Positions 9,284 through 18,166 of a stretch of DNA of 32,000 bases are shown here, piece after piece. Positions within the stretch are counted from its first letter, which is position 1. Each line of letters starts with the position of its first letter. The notes beneath the pieces were generated by a model. That model was not told the origin of the DNA. It searched no databases and was given only the letters and a program-made list of their open reading frames with translations. Made by a program: the position numbers and the translations under genes. The stretch comes from Nitrosopumilus maritimus SCM1 (GTDB lineage: Archaea; Thermoproteota; Nitrososphaeria; Nitrososphaerales; Nitrosopumilaceae). The DNA is taken from NCBI RefSeq assembly GCF_000018465.1, contig NC_010085.1, positions 510,001-542,000 of the forward strand, written 5' to 3'.

Positions 9284-10009
9284 TCACATGTACATTCCAG
9301 CTATCTCTTCTCTATGTTCTACATATTTTTGAGACAACTCACTAAACTCTGAATGAATTCTATCTTTTTCTTCTTGCAGATCCGTTGTGTCTATGTCTGT
9401 ATCATAGAATCGATTTAAAGCCTCAATTAATGTGGCTGCAGCCCCAGAATCTGTGGTATCTCTACTTGCCTTTGCCAACAATGTCAATCCTTGAATTTCT
9501 CTTACCAAACATTCGTTTAGTATTCCTCCTGGAATTCCTGTGATGAATCCTTGTGGAATCATACTGATGTCTTTGTCGGCCATGGTTCTTACCAAATCTT
9601 CTTCAGCAGCACAATACGCTTTATCGTCGTGTTCCGTACTTGCAACTCCGTCTAAAATAACAATTTCTTTTGATCCCTTTGCCGCGGCCCAATCTAAAAT
9701 TGATGCAACCAACGAATACAGACCTTCCATTCTTAGTGTAATTTCGCAAATAATTGCACAAATTGTACCTTCTTTGTTTGCATAGAATCTAAATGGGTGA
9801 CGTAATCTGCCTCTCATAAATACTGTTGATGGTGGAAGATGTTTTGATCTCATAACTGCAATTTCATCCATTTCTAATTTCTCAATTATGTGATTAATTG
9901 CAACAGGTCCCACTAAACCTGCACCAACAAAACCTGCAAAAATTACAGGACTCTTTAACTCTCTTTTCTTTATTTCAAAAACTTCTGCTTCTGGAAATTC
10001 TTTTGGCAC
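9284..10009 (-). CDS. PAC2 family protein
   Basis: PVIFAGFVGAGLVGPVAINHIIEKLEMDEIA and GILNECLVREIQGLTLLAKASRDTTDSGAAATLIEALNRFY. GTG start. Confidence 0.88.
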   Translation of the reverse strand: MPKEFPEAEVFEIKKRELKSPVIFAGFVGAGLVGPVAINHIIEKLEMDEIAVMRSKHLPPSTVFMRGRLRHPFRFYANKEGTICAIICEITLRMEGLYSLVASILDWAAAKGSKEIVILDGVASTEHDDKAYCAAEEDLVRTMADKDISMIPQGFITGIPGGILNECLVREIQGLTLLAKASRDTTDSGAAATLIEALNRFYDTDIDTTDLQEEKDRIHSEFSELSQKYVEHREEIAGMYM

Positions 10010-10400
10010 TGTTTACGTCGATTTGTTCTGTCTAATTACTATACTGACTAAGTATTTTGTACACTTTTTGTTAGACAGAATTTAGTAATCTTTCTGTAAT
10101 AATTAGAACTTAAGACCAAAAACGGTTTGTTACTTGGTGACAGTTCTAACTATGATCTCATTTTGTAAAATAGTATTTAGCATATCCTGATGATTTGTAT
10201 GAATCATTTCTACGTGTCTTTTTTATGTAAATTGTGTTTAGTATTGTTGTACAATTGATGGGAGTCATTCATCAATCCTGTGCCAGACCATAGCGTTTTG
10301 TCAGGTCAAAAATGGCCTGACTCTTCCCTTACTTTGTTCGTAAAACTCAAAATTTTACTAATGATTCATCAGTGCCCGCTAAATATCAAAATTCCAAATT

Positions 10401-12080
10401 TTGTGCATGAGGGGCATAGGATACATGCTTGTAATGGGCGTATTTTTCACGATTTTTCTAAATTCCGCACATGCTCAAACTGTGGGGGATCAGACAACTT
10501 TGTCAGGAGATCTACAAAACAATCCTATTGCCCAAGACATTCTTAAAAAAATTGAACAAAGTAAAAAATGGATTGCAAAAATTGAACAAAGAAATTTTGA
10601 AGATTCTCAACGACAAGCAGAATTAGAACAAAAGCGTGCTGAAATTTTACAAAGTTTGGAAGACGATTTAAGAAAATGGGAAGAACTTTGGGGTTACTAT
10701 ACATTTGATAATATACTTGAAAGAGCATTAGAAAATAGTCCTGCAAAGGACACTTCTAGCATTTATGATCATCCTCTAAAATTTACTGCTTCTAAAATTA
10801 ATGCTGGAAAAGAAGCTTTGCAAAAAGTAATCTTAGAAGGGGGAAATTCTGAACAAGCAAGAGACGCATTTGTCAAAGCTGCAAAAATAACAAGAGCTGA
10901 AATGGTGTCTGTTAATGCATTTTATAATATTTTGAACAATAATGCTTACTACAATCAACAAGTACTCTTTGAATCTGATGGTAGATTCAACTATGATTTG
11001 TCTGGGGAAGAATTGAGAAAATACTATCAAGATTTTAGAACAAATCCTGCATATTTTGAAGCAAATCCTCTTGATGAAGTTTCTTGGTCTGATCTTGGCA
11101 AAACTAATTTTGATACTGAATGTAGAACAGGACATGTTTTAGTTTACAGAACTCATGCAGATGATTATGTTTGCACTACTGAATATACTGCTGAAATGTG
11201 GGTACGACATGATATGGGAAAACTTGCTAATGGAATTAATGAAGAACGACATAATCTGCTAAATGAACAGAAATTCAACAAAGACAGAATTTTACAAAAG
11301 GCAGATAGTTTAAACTCTAAAATCAAAACCATACAAACACACTATGAAGCAGAAATCTCAGAAATACTTGCAAAATATGACTCCCTTATGACTGATATCG
11401 AACTAGACAAACGTGCTGAAGAAAAACAAATTCTTGAAAATTCTGACTCTGATTCAAAAAAGACAATCAGTCAACAAATTGCCAATATTCGAGAAAAATT
11501 TGATGAACTTGAAAAAAACACTCTTGATGAAAAAGACGACGTTTTGAAGATTCTAGCAAATCAACATATTACCTCAATAGAAGAATTTGCATCTCTCTAT
11601 GAACTTGATGATGAAATCAAAATTGAATGGAATGCTGATTCTCTGACTTTTTACCCATCTGCATATTATTTTCCACAACAATCTGAATCTAGTTTAATCG
11701 TAAAGACTAGTTCTGAAAATACTATTTCTGATTTTCTTGTTGATGACACAAGTTTCAAAAATGCATTTGGTGAAAAAATACATTCACTAAAACCAGGTCA
11801 ATTAGTTCAGATTGCTTCTGATGTTACAAATAATGATAATTTTTCAAAAAAATTTGTTTATCTAGTTGAAATTAAAGATGAACAAAATCAAATAGTTCAA
11901 CCTCTAAAGTGGATAACAGGCCAACTTGATTCAGATCAAGTCCTTAATTTGGGATTGTCTTGGATTCCACAAACTCCTGGTAATTTTTATGCAGATGTTT
12001 TTGTTGGAACTAGCTTAGACTTTGTGTCTCACACAGAAACCATTTCTATTTCTGTAACTCCACAAGATCATTTGTCCTAA
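10401..12080 (+). CDS. Secreted coiled-coil protein with signal peptide
   Basis: MLVMGVFFTIFLNSAHAQ signal-like N-terminus, extensive coiled coil, beta-rich C-terminal part. In-frame ATG at 10407 lies ~25 nt from a TATA-like element and is a likely start. Confidence 0.82.
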   Translation: MCMRGIGYMLVMGVFFTIFLNSAHAQTVGDQTTLSGDLQNNPIAQDILKKIEQSKKWIAKIEQRNFEDSQRQAELEQKRAEILQSLEDDLRKWEELWGYYTFDNILERALENSPAKDTSSIYDHPLKFTASKINAGKEALQKVILEGGNSEQARDAFVKAAKITRAEMVSVNAFYNILNNNAYYNQQVLFESDGRFNYDLSGEELRKYYQDFRTNPAYFEANPLDEVSWSDLGKTNFDTECRTGHVLVYRTHADDYVCTTEYTAEMWVRHDMGKLANGINEERHNLLNEQKFNKDRILQKADSLNSKIKTIQTHYEAEISEILAKYDSLMTDIELDKRAEEKQILENSDSDSKKTISQQIANIREKFDELEKNTLDEKDDVLKILANQHITSIEEFASLYELDDEIKIEWNADSLTFYPSAYYFPQQSESSLIVKTSSENTISDFLVDDTSFKNAFGEKIHSLKPGQLVQIASDVTNNDNFSKKFVYLVEIKDEQNQIVQPLKWITGQLDSDQVLNLGLSWIPQTPGNFYADVFVGTSLDFVSHTETISISVTPQDHLS

Positions 12081-12089
12081 ACTTGATGT

Positions 12090-12437
12090 TTAGTTGTTCT
12101 TTTGCATAAAGAGACTCAGCATTGTATGGCCCTTGTCTGTAATTGTATAGATCATATTTGATCCAACTGCTTCTTTTTTGACAAAGTTGTAATCAACACA
12201 TAGGTGAAGATAGTTCAGAAATGACTTTTTCATTCTGATCTTTGATTTTGAATACAATTCTGAGAATGTCATTGGATTTCCTCTTAATTGATACAGTAAT
12301 TTCAGTAATGACAATGTACTGTAATCTCTAGTTCTTGCTTTTACTGCTCCTAGAATTTCTTCATCTCTTTTGATTATGAAATCTTCGAATTGCTCTGCCA
12401 CTTCTAGTGGTACGTATGTTAGTCTTGCTCGCATCAT
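12090..12437 (-). CDS. Winged-helix DNA-binding protein
   Basis: LSLLKLLYQLRGNPMTFSELYSKSKIRMKKSFLNYLHLCVDYNFVKKE...YTITDKGHTML. Confidence 0.8.
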   Translation of the reverse strand: MMRARLTYVPLEVAEQFEDFIIKRDEEILGAVKARTRDYSTLSLLKLLYQLRGNPMTFSELYSKSKIRMKKSFLNYLHLCVDYNFVKKEAVGSNMIYTITDKGHTMLSLFMQKNN

Positions 12438-12453
12438 ACCGTATGGTACGGTA
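12437..12453. promoter_or_regulatory. 7-3-7 inverted repeat (TACCGTA-tgg-TACGGTA) at the start of the winged-helix gene
   Basis: Perfect 7-bp arms; overlaps the last base of the start codon and lies between the start and a TATA-like element. Confidence 0.45.
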
Positions 12454-12624
12454 CATTACTTTATTAGTCTTTAACTTGAGCTTTGTTGATCTTTCTAGCT
12501 GATTTTTTTACACTTGTATTTGACGCCTATAACATCAATTCATCATATATGATCTGAATACGATCTGCTATTATCTGTGGGAATAGCCTAATGTCATAAA
12601 TACCCCCTTTTTTGAAAATTATTT

Positions 12625-13080
12625 ATGAAAAAAATTGAGGCTGTCATTAGGAGAAAAAATTTTCCGACGATTAAATCTCATTTACATATTATTGGTAGTT
12701 ACATTATAGATAAACGAAATTTAGAAGACAGTAACATCTATGATGAATCAAAAGGTTCACGTGTAGGTTCTACTGGTCTCAAATCAATTCCTTTAGCAAA
12801 AATCGAAATGGTGGTACCTGACAAAGATGCACGAAAAGTTGTTGAAATGATTTCTACAAACTCTGGGTTATCTGCAACCCATGGTGGCAAGATCTTTGTA
12901 TCTGAAATGGAAGAAGTCGTTGACATGGAAACAAATGATGCTACACAAGATCTTGAACTTATCCTAGACGAAAAACCCTCTTCAGTACAATTACCAAAAC
13001 GTAGTAGACTTGTTCCATTACAAAAATTCACTTTGCATAAACTACAAGTAATCTATGAGGAGAACAAAGAAACTCTTTGA
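12625..13080 (+). CDS. Divergent PII-like protein with C-terminal extension
   Basis: MKKIEAVIRRKNFPTIKSHL...LAKIEMVVPDKDARKVVEMI...THGGKIFVSEMEEVVDMET followed by ~40 extra aa. Confidence 0.8.
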   Translation: MKKIEAVIRRKNFPTIKSHLHIIGSYIIDKRNLEDSNIYDESKGSRVGSTGLKSIPLAKIEMVVPDKDARKVVEMISTNSGLSATHGGKIFVSEMEEVVDMETNDATQDLELILDEKPSSVQLPKRSRLVPLQKFTLHKLQVIYEENKETL

Positions 13081-13209
13081 ACTGATTATAGAATAAAATC
13101 ATTTAGTGATTTTGTAAATCATTGTATTATGAAATACATTCCAACATTGGAAAAACAACTAAAGAATCCTACAATTGTTTACGAAAACAATTTTGGAGAT
13201 TTTTAATTT

Positions 13210-13308
13210 CTAGAAAATATAATCTGAAAACAACCACAATCCAACTAAAGTTAAACCTACTCCTGCCATTATCACTTTTGCAATGAAAATTTTTCTAGAA
13301 GTCTTCAT
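13210..13308 (-). CDS. 32 aa single-TM micro-ORF (MKTSRKIFIAKVIMAGVGLTLVGLWLFSDYIF)
   Basis: Hand-translated; its ATG overlaps the stop of the upstream 42 aa ORF. Confidence 0.5.
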   Translation of the reverse strand: MKTSRKIFIAKVIMAGVGLTLVGLWLFSDYIF

Positions 13309-13433
13309 ATGAAGAATAATAATATTGGTGGTATAACAATTATTCCAATGATTGCAGCAACTTTTGGATAATCCTTAGGCTTGATTGGTTGCATCTTTTC
13401 TCTTTTGAATAGATTGTTTTTACGAATACTCAT
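13305..13433 (-). CDS. 42 aa single-TM micro-ORF (MSIRKNNLFKREKMQPIKPKDYPKVAAIIGIIVIPPILLFFI)
   Basis: Hand-translated; starts 6 nt after the glnK stop codon on the same strand. Confidence 0.5.
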   Translation of the reverse strand: MSIRKNNLFKREKMQPIKPKDYPKVAAIIGIIVIPPILLFFI

Positions 13434-13439
13434 ACCAAA

Positions 13440-13772
13440 TCACATAACAGTCTCTTCGCCCTCTGTGTCAGTTGCAATATCTACTGCGCGCAAAACCTGT
13501 GAGACAAAAATCTTGCCAATTCTACCATTATCTTTGATTATCTTTACTACTTCGTCTTCTCTGGCGTCTGGAATAATAGCTGTGATGAAATATTTTTCTG
13601 TAAATTGTGGGACAAAAATTTCACTTCCTTTTGATGCGTGAATTTCTGGGGCTGGTCTCTTTCCTCTACCTCTTACTTTGGTAACTGTGAGTCCTCCTAT
13701 TCCAATCTTCTTTAATTCTTCACTTATTGCCATTACATCATTTTCGCCGAGAATAGCTTCTATTTTGAGCAT
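13440..13772 (-). CDS. glnK: Nitrogen regulatory protein PII (GlnK-like)
   Basis: MLKIEAILGENDVMAISEELKKIGIGGLTVTKVRGRGKRP...GRIGKIFVSQVLRAVDIATDTEGEE; divergent from amt. Confidence 0.92.
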   Translation of the reverse strand: MLKIEAILGENDVMAISEELKKIGIGGLTVTKVRGRGKRPAPEIHASKGSEIFVPQFTEKYFITAIIPDAREDEVVKIIKDNGRIGKIFVSQVLRAVDIATDTEGEETVM

Positions 13773-13822
13773 TTGATAATTGTAATTTCAACTTGATAAA
13801 TATAATTTCTGATTTTGTATAC

Positions 13823-13839
13823 CAAATGATTATCATTTG
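13823..13839. promoter_or_regulatory. 7-3-7 inverted repeat (CAAATGA-tta-TCATTTG) between glnK and amt
   Basis: Perfect arms centred almost exactly midway between the two divergent start codons (13772 and 13890). Confidence 0.5.
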
Positions 13840-13889
13840 ACAATCAAATTAGGATATTGTTATTAATTAAAAACTAATTTTTTTGTCTA

Positions 13890-15197
13890 ATGGTACTTGA
13901 TTCTGGAGATACAGCGTGGATGCTTGTAGCTGGAAGTCTTGTATTGCTTATGATCCCTGCATTGGGTCTTTTTGAATCTGGTTTACTAAGAAAGAAAAAT
14001 GCAGCTTCAATTTTCATGCAAATCTTTTTCGGATTGGCACTTTTGAGTGTCATGTGGTTTGTATTTGGATTTAGTTTATCATTTAGTCCTTCAGAACATG
14101 GTTTAATCGGAGATATGGAATGGGTGTTCCTCAAAGGTGTACCTTCTGATGATTCATTACCATTTGCTCCAACTATTCCTGGTGTACTATTTGTAAAATT
14201 CCAATTGATGTTTGCATGTATTACGCCATTACTCCTTACAGGAACAATTGCTGAAAGAATGAAATTTAGTTCCTTTATTGTTTTCATATCTGCATGGTCT
14301 ATGTTGATCTACTATCCTCTTGTACACTGGGTATGGGGTGGCGGTTGGTTAGCCCAATTAGGTGTTGTAGACTTTGCTGGTGGTATTGTAATTCACACTA
14401 GTGTTGGTATGGCAGCTCTAGCTGCTGCAATAGTATTAGGAAAGAGACGAAATTACGGTCCTGCTATTATGATTCCTCACAGTATCCCACTCGCGGTTCT
14501 TGGTTCATCTTTGCTATGGCTTGGATGGTTCGGATTTAACGCAGGTAGTGCTCTTGCAGCATCTGGTGGTGTTGCAGGTAATACTGTAATTGTAACTCAC
14601 ATGGCTTCTTCAGTTTCAGCTTTGATTTGGGCTGGACTTTCATGGGTAAGAACAGGAAAACCATCTGTTGTTGCTACCATTAATGGTGCAATCGCAGGTC
14701 TTGCTGGAATTACTCCTGCATCAGGATTTGTCAGTGCTGAACACGCATTTGTAATTGGAATTGCTATCGGTGTAATCTCTTACTCTGGTGTAGTGTTATT
14801 CAAAGAGAAATTACACATAGATGATGCACTTGATGTTAGCTCAGTCCACGGTGTTGCAGGTATTGTGGGTTCTCTTGCAATTGGTATCTTTGCAAGTACT
14901 ATGATTAACCCTGGTGGCGTTGATGGATTACTATTTGGCAATCCTGACCAACTATGGATTCAAGCAGTAGGTGTTGCAGTTGCAGCCGCAATCGGATTTG
15001 GTGGAACATGGATACTGATGCAGATAATCAAACATCTTATGGGAATTAGGGTTAGTGCGCGTGTAGAAGATGTTGGTCTTGATATAAGTGAACATGCTGA
15101 GTCGGCATACTCTGATGAAGAAGAATTCATGCTAGATATGGATACGTACACTGATTCATTACAAGAAAAAGATGAAATCTTTAGAAAGAAAAAATAG
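13890..15197 (+). CDS. amt: Ammonium transporter (Amt/Mep/Rh)
   Basis: GDTAWMLVAGSLVLLMIPALGLFESGLLRKKNA, DFAGGIVIHTSVG, LGWFGFNAGSAL, DVSSVHGVAGIVG. Confidence 0.97.
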   Translation: MVLDSGDTAWMLVAGSLVLLMIPALGLFESGLLRKKNAASIFMQIFFGLALLSVMWFVFGFSLSFSPSEHGLIGDMEWVFLKGVPSDDSLPFAPTIPGVLFVKFQLMFACITPLLLTGTIAERMKFSSFIVFISAWSMLIYYPLVHWVWGGGWLAQLGVVDFAGGIVIHTSVGMAALAAAIVLGKRRNYGPAIMIPHSIPLAVLGSSLLWLGWFGFNAGSALAASGGVAGNTVIVTHMASSVSALIWAGLSWVRTGKPSVVATINGAIAGLAGITPASGFVSAEHAFVIGIAIGVISYSGVVLFKEKLHIDDALDVSSVHGVAGIVGSLAIGIFASTMINPGGVDGLLFGNPDQLWIQAVGVAVAAAIGFGGTWILMQIIKHLMGIRVSARVEDVGLDISEHAESAYSDEEEFMLDMDTYTDSLQEKDEIFRKKK

Positions 15198-15212
15198 ATT
15201 TGGTGTATCTTC

Positions 15213-15581
15213 TTGGGAAATAATTATGACGAACTAACACAAAAAATTCTTGCTTTAGATCCTCAAGTAAGATTTGCTGGTGTTGCAAACAATAAGGGTG
15301 AACTTGTTGCTGGAGGACAAAAAGATGATGTTGAAAAATTACTTGCTGAAGATGATGTTAAAATGTCCATTCACTATGCTTTACAAAAACGAGACTTGTA
15401 TACAAACTTGGCATATAGAATAGGAAATGAGACTTCATCAATTACAGAATATGAAAAAGTCACAATGATTACTATTCCAATAAGTTCTAGTGAATTATTC
15501 TTAGTCAGTACAGAACCCCGTGCAGATTATCTGAAAATTATTGATGCAGTTCGCTCTGAACTTGGTTTATCTGGTGATTAA
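15213..15581 (+). CDS. Conserved hypothetical, possibly roadblock/LC7-like (122 aa)
   Basis: LALDPQVRFAGVANNKGELVAGG...VTMITIPISSSELFLVSTEPRADYLKIIDAV. TTG start. Family call is inference. Confidence 0.7.
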   Translation: MGNNYDELTQKILALDPQVRFAGVANNKGELVAGGQKDDVEKLLAEDDVKMSIHYALQKRDLYTNLAYRIGNETSSITEYEKVTMITIPISSSELFLVSTEPRADYLKIIDAVRSELGLSGD

Positions 15582-15726
15582 TTTACCTCGTCGAATCACA
15601 GTTACGATGGATGATGAACTAGTAAAGAAAATCTATATTCTCCAATCAAAAGAAATTGCAAAATTCCAAAAACACATCAGTTTCTCAAACGTTCTTAATT
15701 CACAATTAAAACGTGCACTGAAATAG
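15574..15726 (+). CDS. Ribbon-helix-helix-like small protein (~50 aa)
   Basis: VINLPRRITVTMDDELVKKIYILQSKEIAKFQKHISFSNVLNSQLKRAL has an RHH-like pattern. The GTG at 15574 is a likelier start than 15541 and overlaps the previous stop by 8 nt. Confidence 0.6.
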   Translation: MINLPRRITVTMDDELVKKIYILQSKEIAKFQKHISFSNVLNSQLKRALK

Positions 15727-15857
15727 GAATCTAGGCTTATTTTTTGACTATTTTGTGCCTAGCAGATTTTGATATTTTAGAAATTAACTCTAATTGCTTG
15801 AATTGTAAAATTCTAGTGAATGATTCCCTTTAAACCCCTAAACCTTCAAACTTTCTT

Positions 15858-16793
15858 GTGGAAATTGTAATCAGTGCAGTTCTAACTGTTGTTGGATTAG
15901 TGATGTTGTGTTTTGGTGGCAACTGGTTAGTTAGTGGTGGTGTTGCCATTGCACGAAAATTTCGCATTAGTAATCTTGTAATTGGTATGACTATTGTTGC
16001 ATATGGTACCTCTACTCCAGAACTTGCAGCAAGTATTGCAGCTGCTGGGGAACATAGTGCAATTATTTTGGGAAACATCATTGGAAGTAACATTGCAAAC
16101 GTTGGTATGGTGATTGGAATTGCTGCAATCTTGGTACCTCTTTCAATTCACAAATCTATACTTCGAAAAGAAATTCCTATAATGCTTGGTGTTTCTGTTT
16201 TGTTGATTTTAATTTCGATTGATGGCGAACTATCAACCTATGATGGAATATTGTTGCTTGTTGGATTGGGAGTCTTTGGATATTATACTTTTAAGGATGC
16301 AATGAAACGACGAGAAGACAATAAAGATGACATTCAACAAGGTGGCAATAATGTATATCTCAAGTCTATTGGTCTGATTGGACTTGGAATTGGCCTCTTG
16401 TATGTTGGTGCACTTTTGACAGTTGATAATGCTGTAATTCTTGCCAAAGAATTTGGATTGTCTGAAAAAATTATTGGTCTAACAGTTATTGCAATTGGAA
16501 CATCTCTTCCAGAACTAATCACATCCATCATTGCAATCAGAAAGGGACATAGCGATATTGGAGTTGGAAACATCATTGGAAGTAATATTTACAATATTTT
16601 GATGATAATGGGTGTTGGTGCTGCACTTGGTGGCGTGATGATTTCAGATGATGTTTATGTTGATTATGCAATTATGATTCTGTTTAGTATTTCATTGTTA
16701 ATTGGACTAAAAACAGGCGTAATTAACAGGGCCATGGGTGTGTGTTTGGCAATTGGATATGTTACCTATCTTGTCTTGACCTTTTTCAAATGA
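15858..16793 (+). CDS. CaCA family sodium/calcium exchanger
   Basis: Duplicated alpha repeats: GNIIGSNIANVGMVIGIAAIL and GNIIGSNIYNILMIMGVGAAL. GTG start. Confidence 0.93.
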   Translation: MEIVISAVLTVVGLVMLCFGGNWLVSGGVAIARKFRISNLVIGMTIVAYGTSTPELAASIAAAGEHSAIILGNIIGSNIANVGMVIGIAAILVPLSIHKSILRKEIPIMLGVSVLLILISIDGELSTYDGILLLVGLGVFGYYTFKDAMKRREDNKDDIQQGGNNVYLKSIGLIGLGIGLLYVGALLTVDNAVILAKEFGLSEKIIGLTVIAIGTSLPELITSIIAIRKGHSDIGVGNIIGSNIYNILMIMGVGAALGGVMISDDVYVDYAIMILFSISLLIGLKTGVINRAMGVCLAIGYVTYLVLTFFK

Positions 16794-16807
16794 TTTGTAT
16801 GTATTCT

Positions 16808-18166
16808 TTAAATTGTGATTACTTTGATTTTTTCTGCCTTGATTGATGGTGTGATAGATGGCAATGATGCCCATTGGATAACATTTTGTTGATTATTTCC
16901 AATCTCTGAAATATTTTTCAACATTGTTGGAAGATTGTGAATTATTCTAACTGATTTTCCTGGATTTTTAATTTCTCCATCTTCAATAATTCTAACTCCA
17001 CTTCTTGCAGTACATGAAAAATCTCCTTTGATGGGATTTACTGCATATGTGTACCATAACCTTCCAACTAGTATTCCGTGTTTTGTATCTTTGATCATAT
17101 CTTCTTGAGAAGTTTTTCCTGAATCAATTTTTAGATTATGCGGGGCTGAAATTGAAATTGGTTCCGAACTTCTGCCCATAGGAGAACCAATTCTGGCACC
17201 ATTTCCTGTTGATTTTTTATTTTCTTTGTAACTATCAAACAAATTTGAAAACGTGTTTTTGAAAACCCCCTTTTCAATCAAATTATTTTTTTGTGTAATA
17301 ACTCCTTCATCATCAACTACTTTTGTTCCTACACCATCTGCCATATGTGGGTCATCTGTTAAGTTAAAATCATCAACTGCAATTTCATCATCAAAATTAT
17401 TTGAAAAACAACTCTTTTTTTCTGAAAATGTCTTAAAATCAAAATTTGATGAGACAACAAATGCTAGCAATTCTCCTACTGAATATGGTTCAAAAATTAT
17501 ATCATAAGTATCTGAATCAATCTTCTTAGGATTTATCGATTCTATGCACATCTTTTTTGCGTCTTCACCAATTTGCTCTGTTGCAAAGTTTGCCAAAATT
17601 CTGCCACTTGCATGACCTATTCCTGATACTGGTAAAATTCCATGTTCTGATTCAGCGTTAATTATTCCTGAAATGTATGTTGATTTGTCTTTGAAGAAAA
17701 GCCCATTGGAATTTTCAATCTCAAATAACTCTGAAACTATGTTCAATGAACCTGTAATCGTATCGATTTTATCAGAATTTGCTGAATTTATCATGGATTG
17801 TGTGATATCCATCATCTCTGAGCCTGAAATTTTATCTAATTTCTCATCAAACGTTCCTTCTAGATTTGTACTTGAAACAGTTGTGGGTAATCCTTGCCAA
17901 AACTCTCTTGGTTTGAGATTTGGGATTGTCAAAAATGCTGAATCAATTGCTTTTTCAATATCTTCTTTTTTTGTGGTTTGAATAGATGCAATTTTTTTGC
18001 CATGAATTATTCTTATTCCAAAACTCTCATCAAAATTTTGTTTAATCTCTGCAATTTCTGAATCCGTGATTCTTACTGTTGTGATATTTTTTTTAACAGA
18101 AACTATTTCACACTCATCGATTTGTTTTTTCTTTGAATGTTGTAATGCCTTTTCTAAGGCAGGCAA
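16808..18166 (-). CDS. TldD/PmbA family protein (PmbA-like)
   Basis: GVLPVSGIGHASGR..., NGTGARIGSPMGRSSEPISISAPHNLKID, GILVGRLWYTYAVNPIKGDFSCTARSG; no HExxxH seen. Confidence 0.85.
   Translation of the reverse strand: MPALEKALQHSKKKQIDECEIVSVKKNITTVRITDSEIAEIKQNFDESFGIRIIHGKKIASIQTTKKEDIEKAIDSAFLTIPNLKPREFWQGLPTTVSSTNLEGTFDEKLDKISGSEMMDITQSMINSANSDKIDTITGSLNIVSELFEIENSNGLFFKDKSTYISGIINAESEHGILPVSGIGHASGRILANFATEQIGEDAKKMCIESINPKKIDSDTYDIIFEPYSVGELLAFVVSSNFDFKTFSEKKSCFSNNFDDEIAVDDFNLTDDPHMADGVGTKVVDDEGVITQKNNLIEKGVFKNTFSNLFDSYKENKKSTGNGARIGSPMGRSSEPISISAPHNLKIDSGKTSQEDMIKDTKHGILVGRLWYTYAVNPIKGDFSCTARSGVRIIEDGEIKNPGKSVRIIHNLPTMLKNISEIGNNQQNVIQWASLPSITPSIKAEKIKVITI

Noticed and set aside
10280-11135. 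ORFs 10280-10546, 10543-10746 and 10833-11135
   Set aside because: Overlap the secreted coiled-coil CDS; Phe/Tyr/Ile-rich shadow frames with no plausible domain.
13095-13113. Hairpin AAAATCA-tttag-TGATTTT after the PII-like gene
   Set aside because: A weak AT-only stem easily expected by chance in this composition; at most a minor 3' structure.
12738-14287. ORFs 12738-13031, 13381-13641 and 13874-14287
   Set aside because: Antisense to the PII-like, glnK and amt genes.
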